Assembly: GCA_963666835.2 (NCBI GenBank)
Contig: CAXXGO010000006.1
Coordinates: 1,984,001-2,048,000 of the forward strand
Length of the DNA stretch: 64,000 nucleotides
Direction: 5' to 3'
Source of the DNA: Phycisphaerae bacterium
GTDB taxonomy: Bacteria; Planctomycetota; Phycisphaerae; UBA1845
This document shows, piece after piece, positions 39,633 through 48,505 of the stretch. Numbering within the stretch: the stretch's first letter is position 1; the number at the start of each line of letters is the position of its first letter. A program made the translations under genes and the position numbers. Under the pieces are notes generated by a model, which was given only the letters and a program-made list of their open reading frames with translations, did no database searches and was not told where the DNA came from.

Positions 39633-40568
39633 ATGGATGATCGCGGCCATCTTGTTACCGAGTTGCGCAACGCGCGCTCGTCTCGTCTTGACACTCTCTC
39701 CACTGCAGAGGCGTTCGACCTGATCAACAGCGAGGATGCTACCGTTGCGGGGGCCGTGGCCGCAGCGCGAGAGGACATCTGTCGGGCGATCGATTTGGTG
39801 GTGGATGCGTTTCAGGCCGGGGGGCGGCTGGTATATGTGGGGGCGGGTACCAGCGGACGTCTTGGAGTGATCGATGCGGCGGAGTGCCCGCCGACCTTCT
39901 TGACCGATCCTGAAATGGTCCGAGCGGTCATCGCCGGGGGAACTGACGCAATAAGTCGGAGTGTTGAAGGCGCCGAGGACAGCCCCGAGGGCGGCGCCGC
40001 AGCGATGGACGATCATCGGATCAGCGCCCCCGACGTTGTTTTGGGGATAGCCAGCGGTGGAACCACGCCTTTCGTTCACGGGGCTCTGTGCCGAGCCCGG
40101 CAACGCGGGGCGCGAACGGTTTTTTTTGCTTGTGTCCCCCAAGAGCAGGCGGCTGACGAGGCCGATGTGTCCATCCGAGTGCTGACCGGCCCGGAAGTGC
40201 TGACGGGTAGCACCCGCCTCAAAGCCGGGACGGCCACCAAGATGGTACTCAATATGGTGACCACCATTGCCATGGTGCGGTTGGGTAAGACCCTCGGCAA
40301 TCTCATGATCGACGTCAATGCGGGGGCGAATCGTAAACTGATCGACCGGGCGGTGCGGATGATCCGGGCGGAGACGGGGTTATCGAGACAGGCGGCGCGG
40401 GGGTTGCTGGATTCCGCCGGCGGGCGCGTCAAGACGGCTTTGGTCATGCACGCCACGGGCGAGCAACGCGGTGCGGCCGAGCGGCTGCTCCGCGAAGCGA
40501 ACGGTCATTTGGGGGTGGTTATGGCGAGCCCGAGCCCGGCTTTTGAACAGACGGAAGAAACGACTTGA
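39633..40568 (+). CDS. murQ: N-acetylmuramic acid 6-phosphate etherase
   Basis: TE.RN, GAGTSGRLG..DAAECPPTF, EGAED, GPEVLTGSTRLKAGTA.KMVLNM. Confidence 0.96.
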   Translation: MDDRGHLVTELRNARSSRLDTLSTAEAFDLINSEDATVAGAVAAAREDICRAIDLVVDAFQAGGRLVYVGAGTSGRLGVIDAAECPPTFLTDPEMVRAVIAGGTDAISRSVEGAEDSPEGGAAAMDDHRISAPDVVLGIASGGTTPFVHGALCRARQRGARTVFFACVPQEQAADEADVSIRVLTGPEVLTGSTRLKAGTATKMVLNMVTTIAMVRLGKTLGNLMIDVNAGANRKLIDRAVRMIRAETGLSRQAARGLLDSAGGRVKTALVMHATGEQRGAAERLLREANGHLGVVMASPSPAFEQTEETT

Positions 40569-41827
40569 ATGGCGAAAGCCGGGAGGCGGACGGAATGACC
40601 GGTCTGATTGATGGTAGTAACCGGCGAAACGGATGGGGCCTGCGGGCGTTGTTCGGTACGGTGCTCGGGCTTGGGCTGATCGCCGGGTGCCAGCAACCTA
40701 TCCGAGGACCGATGGGGCCTTCCGCCGAGCGCGAGATTCGTGCCATTTGGGTGACACGGTGGGACTACCGCAATCCCGGTGATATTGCCACAATAATGCA
40801 AAACTGCCGCACGGCCGGGTTCAATACCGTACTGTTTCAGGTACGGGGGAACGGGACCGCGTTTTATCGTTCGCAGATCGAACCCTGGGCGGACGAACTC
40901 GGCGGGGTCGATCCGGGATTCGACCCGCTGACCGTCGCGTGTAACGAGGCCCACCGCCGGGGTTTGGCGCTGCACGCCTGGGTTAATGTCATTCCCGGAT
41001 GGCGCGGTAAGAAGCCGCCGGACAACCCGCGACAGCTTTATAATGCCCATCCCGATTGGTTCTGGCGCGATGCTCAAAACCGGCGGCAGCCGTTGGGTTG
41101 GTACAACAGTCTGAACCCCTGCTATCCCGAGGTTCGGCGCTATCTAGGGGCAGTCATGCACGAGATCGTGACCCGCTACGCCGTGGACGGGCTGCACCTG
41201 GACTACATCCGTTTCCCCAACGAGTGGAACGAGTCGTACCCCCGCGGGGCTCGCGTGCCGGATTACCCGCGCGACCCGCGGACGCTGGCGCTGTTCCGCA
41301 AGGCCACCGGCAAGACTCCGGACAGCGCTCCGGGCTTATGGAATCGATGGCGGACCGATCAGGTTACCATGGTCGTGCGGGACATTCGGGCGATTACGCT
41401 CCGAGCCCGGCCGAACCTCGTACTCAGCGCCGCGGTCGGGCCATACCCCGACGAAGCCCGGCGCAAGCACTTTCAGGACGTCAAACGCTGGCTGCGTGAA
41501 GGGCTTCTGGATGCGGCTTACCCTATGAACTACGCGGAAGATATGCGAACGTACGACGGCCGGTTGTCGGCCTGGTCCGCCATGCGCCCCCGGATCCCGG
41601 TGGTTACGGGGGTCATGTTCGACAAGCGTAACGAGAGCATCGTCGCCGAGCAGGTCCGTCGGGCGAGGAACCGCCATACGCATTTTTCGGCCTTCGCGTA
41701 TAACTCGTTGTTCGAGAGATTGGATGACAAGGGGCGTCCCATCCGCGACGAGCGGAGTAAGGACCGAGCGGCTCTTCGGCGGATGGTCATCCAGGAGATT
41801 CGCCGTCCGGCGGTAGCTCCGGCTTAG
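40565..41827 (+). CDS. GHL10-family glycoside hydrolase lipoprotein (YddW/DigH-like)
   Basis: Lipobox LIAGC; EIRAIW, NTVLFQVR, FDPL..EAH.RGL.LHAW, LNP..PEV, DGLHLDYIRFP. Confidence 0.88.
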   Translation: MNGESREADGMTGLIDGSNRRNGWGLRALFGTVLGLGLIAGCQQPIRGPMGPSAEREIRAIWVTRWDYRNPGDIATIMQNCRTAGFNTVLFQVRGNGTAFYRSQIEPWADELGGVDPGFDPLTVACNEAHRRGLALHAWVNVIPGWRGKKPPDNPRQLYNAHPDWFWRDAQNRRQPLGWYNSLNPCYPEVRRYLGAVMHEIVTRYAVDGLHLDYIRFPNEWNESYPRGARVPDYPRDPRTLALFRKATGKTPDSAPGLWNRWRTDQVTMVVRDIRAITLRARPNLVLSAAVGPYPDEARRKHFQDVKRWLREGLLDAAYPMNYAEDMRTYDGRLSAWSAMRPRIPVVTGVMFDKRNESIVAEQVRRARNRHTHFSAFAYNSLFERLDDKGRPIRDERSKDRAALRRMVIQEIRRPAVAPA

Positions 41828-41845
41828 GGCATCAGGAGAGTTCGC

Positions 41846-42730
41846 TTGCGTGCGATTGGAATCGACGTCGGCGGTACATTCACTCGAACGGCGGTGATCG
41901 ACTCGACGGGTGCCGTTTGTGCGGCACACCGGGTGGCAACCCGACCCGGCGTAACGGGCGCCGGCCTGCGGAGCAGCATCGCCGATTGCATCGCAACCGT
42001 TCTGCGTGAATCGGGCACCAAGCGTACTGCGATAAGTGCCATCGGGTTGGCTCTGCCGGGAATCATCGATCGCGAGCGGGGTTCTCTGCTTCGCTCGGTC
42101 AACCTCCCGGGCTTGCAGGGATGTCCTCTGCGCGACGAGCTGGCCGCCGCCGTGGGTCTGCCCGTCGTACTGTTGACGGACGCGGAAGCGGCAACATGGG
42201 CGGAATACTCTGTGTGTCCGCGACGACCCGCGCGATTCGTGCATTTGCGTCTCGGTACTGGGGTCGCGTGCGGAGTTGTGATAGACGGCGAGCTACTGCG
42301 GCTTGACGAAGGCCGCACGACGCATCTCGAAGTGTTGGTCATCGACCGCAGTGCCGCGGCGTTATCGTGTCGATGTGGGCGACGCGGCTGTCTGGAGACC
42401 GTTGCTTGCGGAGCGGCGCTATCCGGCGAGCCGGTTTCGTCCGCCGGGTCTTTTGCACGATCGGCCTCGGATCTCGCAGACCGCGCGGTTGCCGGACTGG
42501 CCGTCGCGTTTGCCAACCTAACTGAACGCTTCAGCGCGGAGATCATCTCGGTGGGGGGTGGGGTCGTGGCCGGTAGGCCCGATCTGCTCGAGCGGGCGAT
42601 CGCTCAGTTCGATGCGGCGAAACCGGCATGCGTAATTCAGCGTACAAACCTCGGTGACGATGCCGGCGTGGTCGGAGCAGGCCTGCTGGCTTTGCGGAAG
42701 CTGCCGGCGGCTTGTGCGGCAGCGCGCTAA
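41846..42730 (+). CDS. ROK-family sugar kinase
   Basis: IGIDVGGT, PG.ID, LGTG, CRCGRRGCLE, GGG, G..AGVVGA. Confidence 0.9.
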   Translation: MRAIGIDVGGTFTRTAVIDSTGAVCAAHRVATRPGVTGAGLRSSIADCIATVLRESGTKRTAISAIGLALPGIIDRERGSLLRSVNLPGLQGCPLRDELAAAVGLPVVLLTDAEAATWAEYSVCPRRPARFVHLRLGTGVACGVVIDGELLRLDEGRTTHLEVLVIDRSAAALSCRCGRRGCLETVACGAALSGEPVSSAGSFARSASDLADRAVAGLAVAFANLTERFSAEIISVGGGVVAGRPDLLERAIAQFDAAKPACVIQRTNLGDDAGVVGAGLLALRKLPAACAAAR

Positions 42731-42858
42731 CGGCCGGCTGGACTTTGATTATGGGCCCTCCACAAACGAGCCGCCGGGCGGCTTCTTGTTCTTGTCCGGC
42801 AACACAGATACGCTGTGCGGTTGTGGCGATCAGCTCGAAGTCGACAGGGAGGTCTGAT

Positions 42859-43431
42859 GTGATCCGGCGCAGCGTTTCTCGTGCGATCATAACCTTCGCG
42901 TTCGGTGTGCTTTTGTCCGGCTGCGCGTCCGGGATGAGCGATGAACAGGTGCGGACCGTGCGCCCTGAGCGCTCGCCGGATCTGGAGCGACTGGCCGTGT
43001 TCACCGGGCGATGGGAAAGCGTCGGCGAAGGTCGGCTGGCCGGTGTCGACGAACCCGTTAAGCTGATTGCTTCATCCGAGACGGTCTGGGATTGCGACGG
43101 CTGGTGTATGGTTGAACGCGGCGTGGTGCAGATGGGTGACCTGGGTGAGACGGCCGTGATGGTCGTTTGGACCTGGGATGCCCGGGAGGGCTTGTACCGC
43201 GTGTCGTGGTTCGACAATCACGGCGGTACGGCCGTCGGCACCGCGAGTTACGATGAGGCGTCCGACACTTGGCGCTTAAAGGCCGCCGGTCGCGGGCCTG
43301 AGGGGCGTACCAACTTCCGCGGCGCGGCGAGGTTTCCAGACGGCTATACCATGGTATGGGCCTGGACCGAGTGGGACCGACTGATGATGACACGCAAGTC
43401 GGACCTGCAAGGCACGACCCACCGCAAGTAA
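42859..43431 (+). CDS. DUF1579-like lipoprotein
   Basis: GGGAGG RBS, lipobox LSGC, L..F.G.W, WD.....Y...WFDN.G. Confidence 0.75.
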   Translation: MIRRSVSRAIITFAFGVLLSGCASGMSDEQVRTVRPERSPDLERLAVFTGRWESVGEGRLAGVDEPVKLIASSETVWDCDGWCMVERGVVQMGDLGETAVMVVWTWDAREGLYRVSWFDNHGGTAVGTASYDEASDTWRLKAAGRGPEGRTNFRGAARFPDGYTMVWAWTEWDRLMMTRKSDLQGTTHRK

Positions 43432-43559
43432 CCGGCGAAGAGATCTTCACTACCCGTCCCGGAGAGTAGGCGGACTGCTGCCGCCCGCGCGTCGAATGCA
43501 GCCGAAGATATCCCACGTCGCATTGGGGTGATTCACCTAATTAGGTGACACACCTACAT

Positions 43560-43700
43560 CGGTACGGTGAGCGTAAGCGACCTGCCCTCGGCGAGGCTGC
43601 GCGGGGCCGGCTCGCTGACGGTCGCGGTACTGAATGGTGCCTGCGGACGCTGTAACGGTCGTGGTCTCGTAGGGCACGGTCGAGGTACGAGACCTGCCGG
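43560..43700. repeat. REP-like cluster
   Basis: GGCCGGCTCGCTGACGGTCGCGGTACTGA (43605-43633); family-A copy at 43669-43698. Confidence 0.75.
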
Positions 43701-43835
43701 AAGAGCGGCTTGCGCGGGTTCGCGCCCTGAAACACCGGTCAAGCACTCGGCGTGCGCGCAAGATCGACAAGGATGCAAGTCTTGTCCGCGTGGACAAGGT
43801 GGTTTGTTTTTTATATCTTGGATAGGAGAAGTCAC

Positions 43836-44867
43836 ATGGTAGCGACTTAGACGAAGATCGTGGCCGCATGTTGCAGTGTTTTGATGATGCTCCCGTCATG
43901 GGCGTGGGCGCAGCTCTACGCCCCACCCGATGGGGCGGTCGACTTGCCGGTACAGGTCGTACAGAGCGCCCAGAATCGAACGCCCGAGGAGATACGAGAA
44001 TGGGCGTTCAGCGACGATTTCATCTGGCAGTATCTCAACAGCAGCGCGTATTCGGCGAATACGTTCGAAGCGATGTGGCCTGACGCCGACCCCGAGATTC
44101 ACGTGATGATTGTTGAGCCGCCGAACTACTCCGGACAGATTGTGTTGATTGACTCCACGGTGGATCCTGAGGAGGCGGAGGAGCTGCCGGTGGTAGATAC
44201 CGGTACGTTTACCGAGTTTGCCCGTTACGCGCCGGAGAACGTAGCCGCCGACATCAGCTTTGTGGCCGGCACTTTCAACCGTTCTGGCAGCGAAGTGATT
44301 GTGGTCGGAGTGGAACATGGGGTCGTTGCGGAGCATGATGGGCTGGTGGAGCCGCTTGGAATTCGGACTTTCTATTCCATGGACATTGTACCGCGCGAGG
44401 ATCTGGGCCATGCCACGGCATACTCGTATGCTGTGCTGAGTTCGCGTTCTTCGCCCGGGAGCGGTGGAAAGACGGGACTTCGCGTTCGCACCCACCCTGT
44501 TATGATGAACGCACCGGACGTGGGTGAGCAGGGGGAAGACACATGTGCATGCCATGCAGTGATGCGGGCTGACTTTCTCAAGGCGAAGGCGGCGCGCGCA
44601 CAGGGAGTCGCGGAGGCTCTTCAGTTTCTCGGTGGCAGTACGTTAACATCCATCGTGATCTGCTCCCGCACTTCGATTCTTGTTGTTCCGTGTCTTTTGG
44701 TGGCTGCCGCTGTGGTTTCTGCGATTCTCTACCGCACTTTTCAAGCGATTGATTCATCGTACTTCGCCGCTATGCAGGGGCTTTTGCCCGCGTACCACAG
44801 TTGTTGTTCGAGGGAGGAGTGTGTCTGTCCTGACTTGCCTCTTGCTGGGCCGGGCGGTCCGGAATAG
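43836..44867 (+). CDS. Secreted hypothetical protein with Cys-bracketed hydrophobic C-terminal domain; in-frame TAG at codon 5 (possible pseudogene, or start at GTG 43860)
   Basis: AGGAGA RBS + ATG GTA GCG ACT TAG ACG AAG ATC GTG..; AWA-Q signal cleavage site; C-terminus CAC..VICS..VPCLLVAAAVV..SCC..CVC. Confidence 0.65.
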
Positions 44868-44892
44868 GGGGGCGAGTTCCTTGCAGCCTGAG

Positions 44893-45840
44893 ATGTCATC
44901 ATCAAGAAATGGGAAAACTCGGCGGCGAGGCACGCTCTCGAGTGCCGTGGCGTTTCTCGCATTTGGATGGGACGCTCGGCTGCCCCGGACCATCTCGAGA
45001 ATGCGCTTTCGGTTTGTTCTCGGGTTTTCGGTGTGCCTCGTTGTTCTTCTGGGTTTGCTCGTGGCGGGCTTCGAAGGAAGCTCCCCATCGGGCGCAGGCG
45101 TGGATATTGGCATTCTGGCGGTTCTATTCGGGGTGGGGTCCCTGTTCGAATTCGCTCGTGCCCGCACTGAGATCAGAATGAAGCGGGATGTGGCGAGCAA
45201 GGGAAACGCGGCGTGTTTCCGTTGTCGACATCGCTTGACTGAGGACCGGGGCCGATGTCCGGCGTGCGGGGAAGAGTACGAGGCTCTTAACCAGGTGATG
45301 AAGTTCTGGGCGGAATGGGAACCTCACCAGGGTATGCTATGCAAGAGGGGCGGCGGAACAAACAGAGATAGTATTCAAGCGGGCCGAGCAACGCCGGGTC
45401 TTCTGAGCAGACTTCGGACGCGTTTCGAGTTGCTCCTCATCATCTTTGGGTTCTTGATTGGTGGCTTTGTTCTGGGGTGTCGCTGGTATCTTCAGACTGC
45501 TGCCACGGGATTCCCGAGTTTCTGGCACTACGTGGTGGCGCTGTTCGCTTTGTTTCCCGCACTGAATCTCTGCCGGTCGTTCGCGGAGCGACGTCTGAAG
45601 CGTGACGTGGCCGGCAAGGACAACGCAGCCTGCTTCGAGTGCGGGTACTGGCTCACCGAGCCGCACGGGCGTTGTCCGGAGTGTGGTTGGGCGTACGAGA
45701 GTCTTGAAGATGTTGTGCGGTTCTGGAGCGATTGGCAGCCGTTCCGGTACTTTGCAGGCTTGCGAAGACAGAAGAAGGAGGAAGATCGCAAAGGCACCGG
45801 CGCTCTCGGTTCTTCGAAGGAGGCGTCAGCGCCCGACTGA
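44893..45840 (+). CDS. Membrane protein with two tandem [2TM + CxxC..CPxCG zinc ribbon] modules
   Basis: Two copies of KRDVA...AACF.C...LTE..GRCP.CG..Y..L....FW..W.P. Confidence 0.8.
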   Translation: MSSSRNGKTRRRGTLSSAVAFLAFGWDARLPRTISRMRFRFVLGFSVCLVVLLGLLVAGFEGSSPSGAGVDIGILAVLFGVGSLFEFARARTEIRMKRDVASKGNAACFRCRHRLTEDRGRCPACGEEYEALNQVMKFWAEWEPHQGMLCKRGGGTNRDSIQAGRATPGLLSRLRTRFELLLIIFGFLIGGFVLGCRWYLQTAATGFPSFWHYVVALFALFPALNLCRSFAERRLKRDVAGKDNAACFECGYWLTEPHGRCPECGWAYESLEDVVRFWSDWQPFRYFAGLRRQKKEEDRKGTGALGSSKEASAPD

Positions 45841-45868
45841 CACTGGCCGGACATGTTGCTTGGCGGCG

Positions 45869-46067
45869 GGGTGCCCCGTCCTTCGCACGGCGTAGGGCGG
45901 GGCACCCGCGCGGTTGCGGGAGATCTCGTTGCTCGACGGTGTGCTACAGAGGTGCCAGCGGGGTGGCATGGGCCAACTTGTTGGCCCGTGGAGAGTGCGG
46001 CTCGCGTTCCCGGGGCGAACGGCCGTCGCAGTTTGACGGCAGGTCTCGTTCCTCGATCATGCCCTAC
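45869..46067. repeat. REP-like cluster
   Basis: GGGTGCCCCGTCCT..AGGGCGGGGCACCC hairpin; CATGGGCCAACTTGTTGGCCCGTG (45967-45990); family-A copy at 46038-46067. Confidence 0.75.
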
Positions 46068-46181
46068 GGGGCGGGTGCGCCCTGGGATGCACTGCTGCTG
46101 TTACCGCCGTCGCCTATTTATGTTGCAAGGCGGCAGACTGGGCGTTCCGCGCGGTAGCTGCCGAGGTAAGCGCCGAGATGT

Positions 46182-47183
46182 TTGAGTGCTGTCGCGATTG
46201 CCAGTGTTGTCCGGGGAGTATCTAGGATGCCGCCGCCGGTAGTCCTGAGGATTCGTTGCCGAGTATCGTCGCTTGGGATGGTGGCGATGCTTGGTCTATA
46301 CGCAATTGGCGCGTTGTACGTCTACCTGCGAATGGGTGCGACACCGCCGCCTCTTATGATCGCGCTTGCGTGCTTCATGTTGGCAAACTACGTGGCAAGC
46401 GCCGTGGAAGAGATGTGGCGGGCACACGCCGAGGCCAAGCTCAAACGCGACGTAGCGGGCATGGGTGGCGCCGCGTGCTTTGAATGTAGCAGTCGTCTCA
46501 CCGAGAGTAGCGGACGTTGCCCGGCGTGTGGTTGGGAGTATGATGATCTCGGGCAGATCGTCAGGACCTGGGCGGAATGGGAGCCCTTCGAGTATCTGTT
46601 TCGCAAGACAACCGCAGGCGGCGCAAGCCCAACGGTCGCCGCGGCCGGTATGATCGGGGGCGGTGAGGCGAGCACGGACGATAAGGAGGTGGGTGCTGCG
46701 ACCGGAAATACCATAAACTGGAGGTCGGAAAAGCCGGTGCTTCTCAATAGGGTTCTGACGCGTTGCGAAGCACTTGTGTTTGTGTGGTTCTTATTGGTGC
46801 ATGGTGTCTTCTTGGCATGCGTTTGGCGTAACCCTCCCGCTCGTACGATGTTCCTGATCGCGGCGTGCTATCCGGTGGCGTTGTGCGTTTCGTTTGTCGC
46901 GTCTCGTGCCGTCCGCCCGTTCGCGGAGCGTCGCCTCAAACGCGAGGTGGCCGGTAAGGACAACGCGGCCTGCTTCGAGTGCGGGTACTGGCTGACGGAA
47001 CCTCACGGACGATGTCCGGAGTGTGGTTGGGCGTACGAGAGTCTTGAAGATGTCAGAGGGTTCTGGACGGAGTGGCAACCGCGTTGGTACTCTCTCGGCC
47101 GAAGGAACAGGAGGCGGCAAGGCGCCGGCGATGCGCTGGACCAAGACGGTGTGGATTCGGCGGCAACGGCCGATCAGCGCTGA
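46182..47183 (+). CDS. Paralog of 44893..45840 with two [2TM + zinc ribbon] modules
   Basis: Same motif twice; the second module is nearly identical to the second module of the upstream gene. Confidence 0.8.
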   Translation: MSAVAIASVVRGVSRMPPPVVLRIRCRVSSLGMVAMLGLYAIGALYVYLRMGATPPPLMIALACFMLANYVASAVEEMWRAHAEAKLKRDVAGMGGAACFECSSRLTESSGRCPACGWEYDDLGQIVRTWAEWEPFEYLFRKTTAGGASPTVAAAGMIGGGEASTDDKEVGAATGNTINWRSEKPVLLNRVLTRCEALVFVWFLLVHGVFLACVWRNPPARTMFLIAACYPVALCVSFVASRAVRPFAERRLKREVAGKDNAACFECGYWLTEPHGRCPECGWAYESLEDVRGFWTEWQPRWYSLGRRNRRRQGAGDALDQDGVDSAATADQR

Positions 47184-47228
47184 CCGCTGCAGGCTGCCGG
47201 CCGACAGCTCGTAACGGGACTATGCGTT

Positions 47229-47879
47229 GTGGATACCACTACTGATGCCGAATTACAGCTTCTTGCGGATGACTTGGTGTGCGCAGGATGCGGATACAAC
47301 CTGCGCGGGCTTTCCGGCGATCCGGTGCAGTGTTCGGAATGTGGCAGGACATGCCCGATCCGGGAACTGCGCGTAAACGCCGCCGAGATTCAGAGGGAGC
47401 TACGCAGGCTGGAGACCTTGCCGACAGCCTGTGTGGCCTCCTTTCTGGTGATGGTCCTGGCGCTGGGTTGGGCTTGGTGGACGCGACGTTCGGCATTCGG
47501 CGCACCGGTGGTTGTCGCTCTTGCGGGGTATTGGCTATTGTTGGTGCACCGATTCGGGGCAGTGATTGAATGGGACGTCGGTTGGATTCGGGTGCTGCTC
47601 TTGTTTCACATTGCCGGATTGGTTGGCGCGGTCTTGCTTGGGTCGATCTGGTTCGCCGGTGTTATGCTGTTGATTCACTTCACCGGCGGGCCGCGGTTCA
47701 GTGACGCGGGGATTCACCTTATTGTTGTGGCCATGGCTCTTGCGGTCGTGGGACTGTTCACGGTGGTTCGACTGCTGAACCGAAGAGCTCGGATCGCGCA
47801 AAGGAAGCTGCAACACCGTCTGGCCATCCGACTAGCCCAGCTCAACCGAGGGTCGCGTCGTCCTTTGATCAATCTCTAA
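47229..47879 (+). CDS. Membrane protein with N-terminal CxxCGYNLRGL..CSECG zinc ribbon and about 4 TM
   Basis: CAGCGYNLRGL....CSECG followed by hydrophobic helices. Confidence 0.8.
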   Translation: MDTTTDAELQLLADDLVCAGCGYNLRGLSGDPVQCSECGRTCPIRELRVNAAEIQRELRRLETLPTACVASFLVMVLALGWAWWTRRSAFGAPVVVALAGYWLLLVHRFGAVIEWDVGWIRVLLLFHIAGLVGAVLLGSIWFAGVMLLIHFTGGPRFSDAGIHLIVVAMALAVVGLFTVVRLLNRRARIAQRKLQHRLAIRLAQLNRGSRRPLINL

Positions 47880-47905
47880 CGCGGCTTAAGGGTTGGATGG
47901 TCAAC

Positions 47906-48505
47906 GGCAGGTCTCGTGCCTCGACCGTGCCCTACGAGACTACGGTGGAGTGCGGTACCGCACGGCAAAGCCGCACGACGCGAGAATGCTCCGCCGTAGC
48001 GAAGTACGCCGAAGGCGTTACGTCTGACAGCCCAGGGTTGCCGCGCAGCGGCTACCCTGGGGGTACGGTCATATCAAAGATCAACCCCGACGGGGTTGCG
48101 CCGTTGTTCAACCCGCTTCGGGGTTGGCGCGGGAGGGGGGCTTTGTGCCCCAGGGTGGCACCAAAGCGGCTGCGCCGCTTCGTTTACCCCGGGCTCTGTT
48201 GTGAAACGCCTTCGGCGTAGGTGCAAAAGAGTGCATATCGCGCGAAAACGGTGGCAGGTCTCGTGCCTCGACCATGCCCTACGGGGATGACAACGGGGTG
48301 GCATGGGCCAACTTGTTGGCCCGTGGGAATGCGACGCGCTCCCGGCAAGTGGGGCGTCGGGCCGGCTCCCTGACGGTCGCGGTACTGACGCATGCGAGGC
48401 ATTCTCACGTAATTGTGGCAGGTCTCGTTCCTCGACCGTGCCCTACGAGACGCGTGGCCCATGGCTTTAGCCGTGGGGGGATGTCGGGCCTCGACCGTGC
48501 CCTAC
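47906..48505. repeat. Dense REP/REPIN cluster including a ~215-bp element bounded by inverted repeats
   Basis: Family-A copies at 47906, 48253, 48417 and a half copy at 48488; TACGCCGAAGGCGTT (48005-48019) / AACGCCTTCGGCGTA (48205-48219); other families at 48302 and 48360. Confidence 0.85.

Noticed and set aside
47906..48505. CRISPR array of 30-nt repeats
   Set aside because: Spacing is irregular (about 70-350 nt), copies are dispersed in both orientations, intervening sequences are other repeats, and there are no cas genes.
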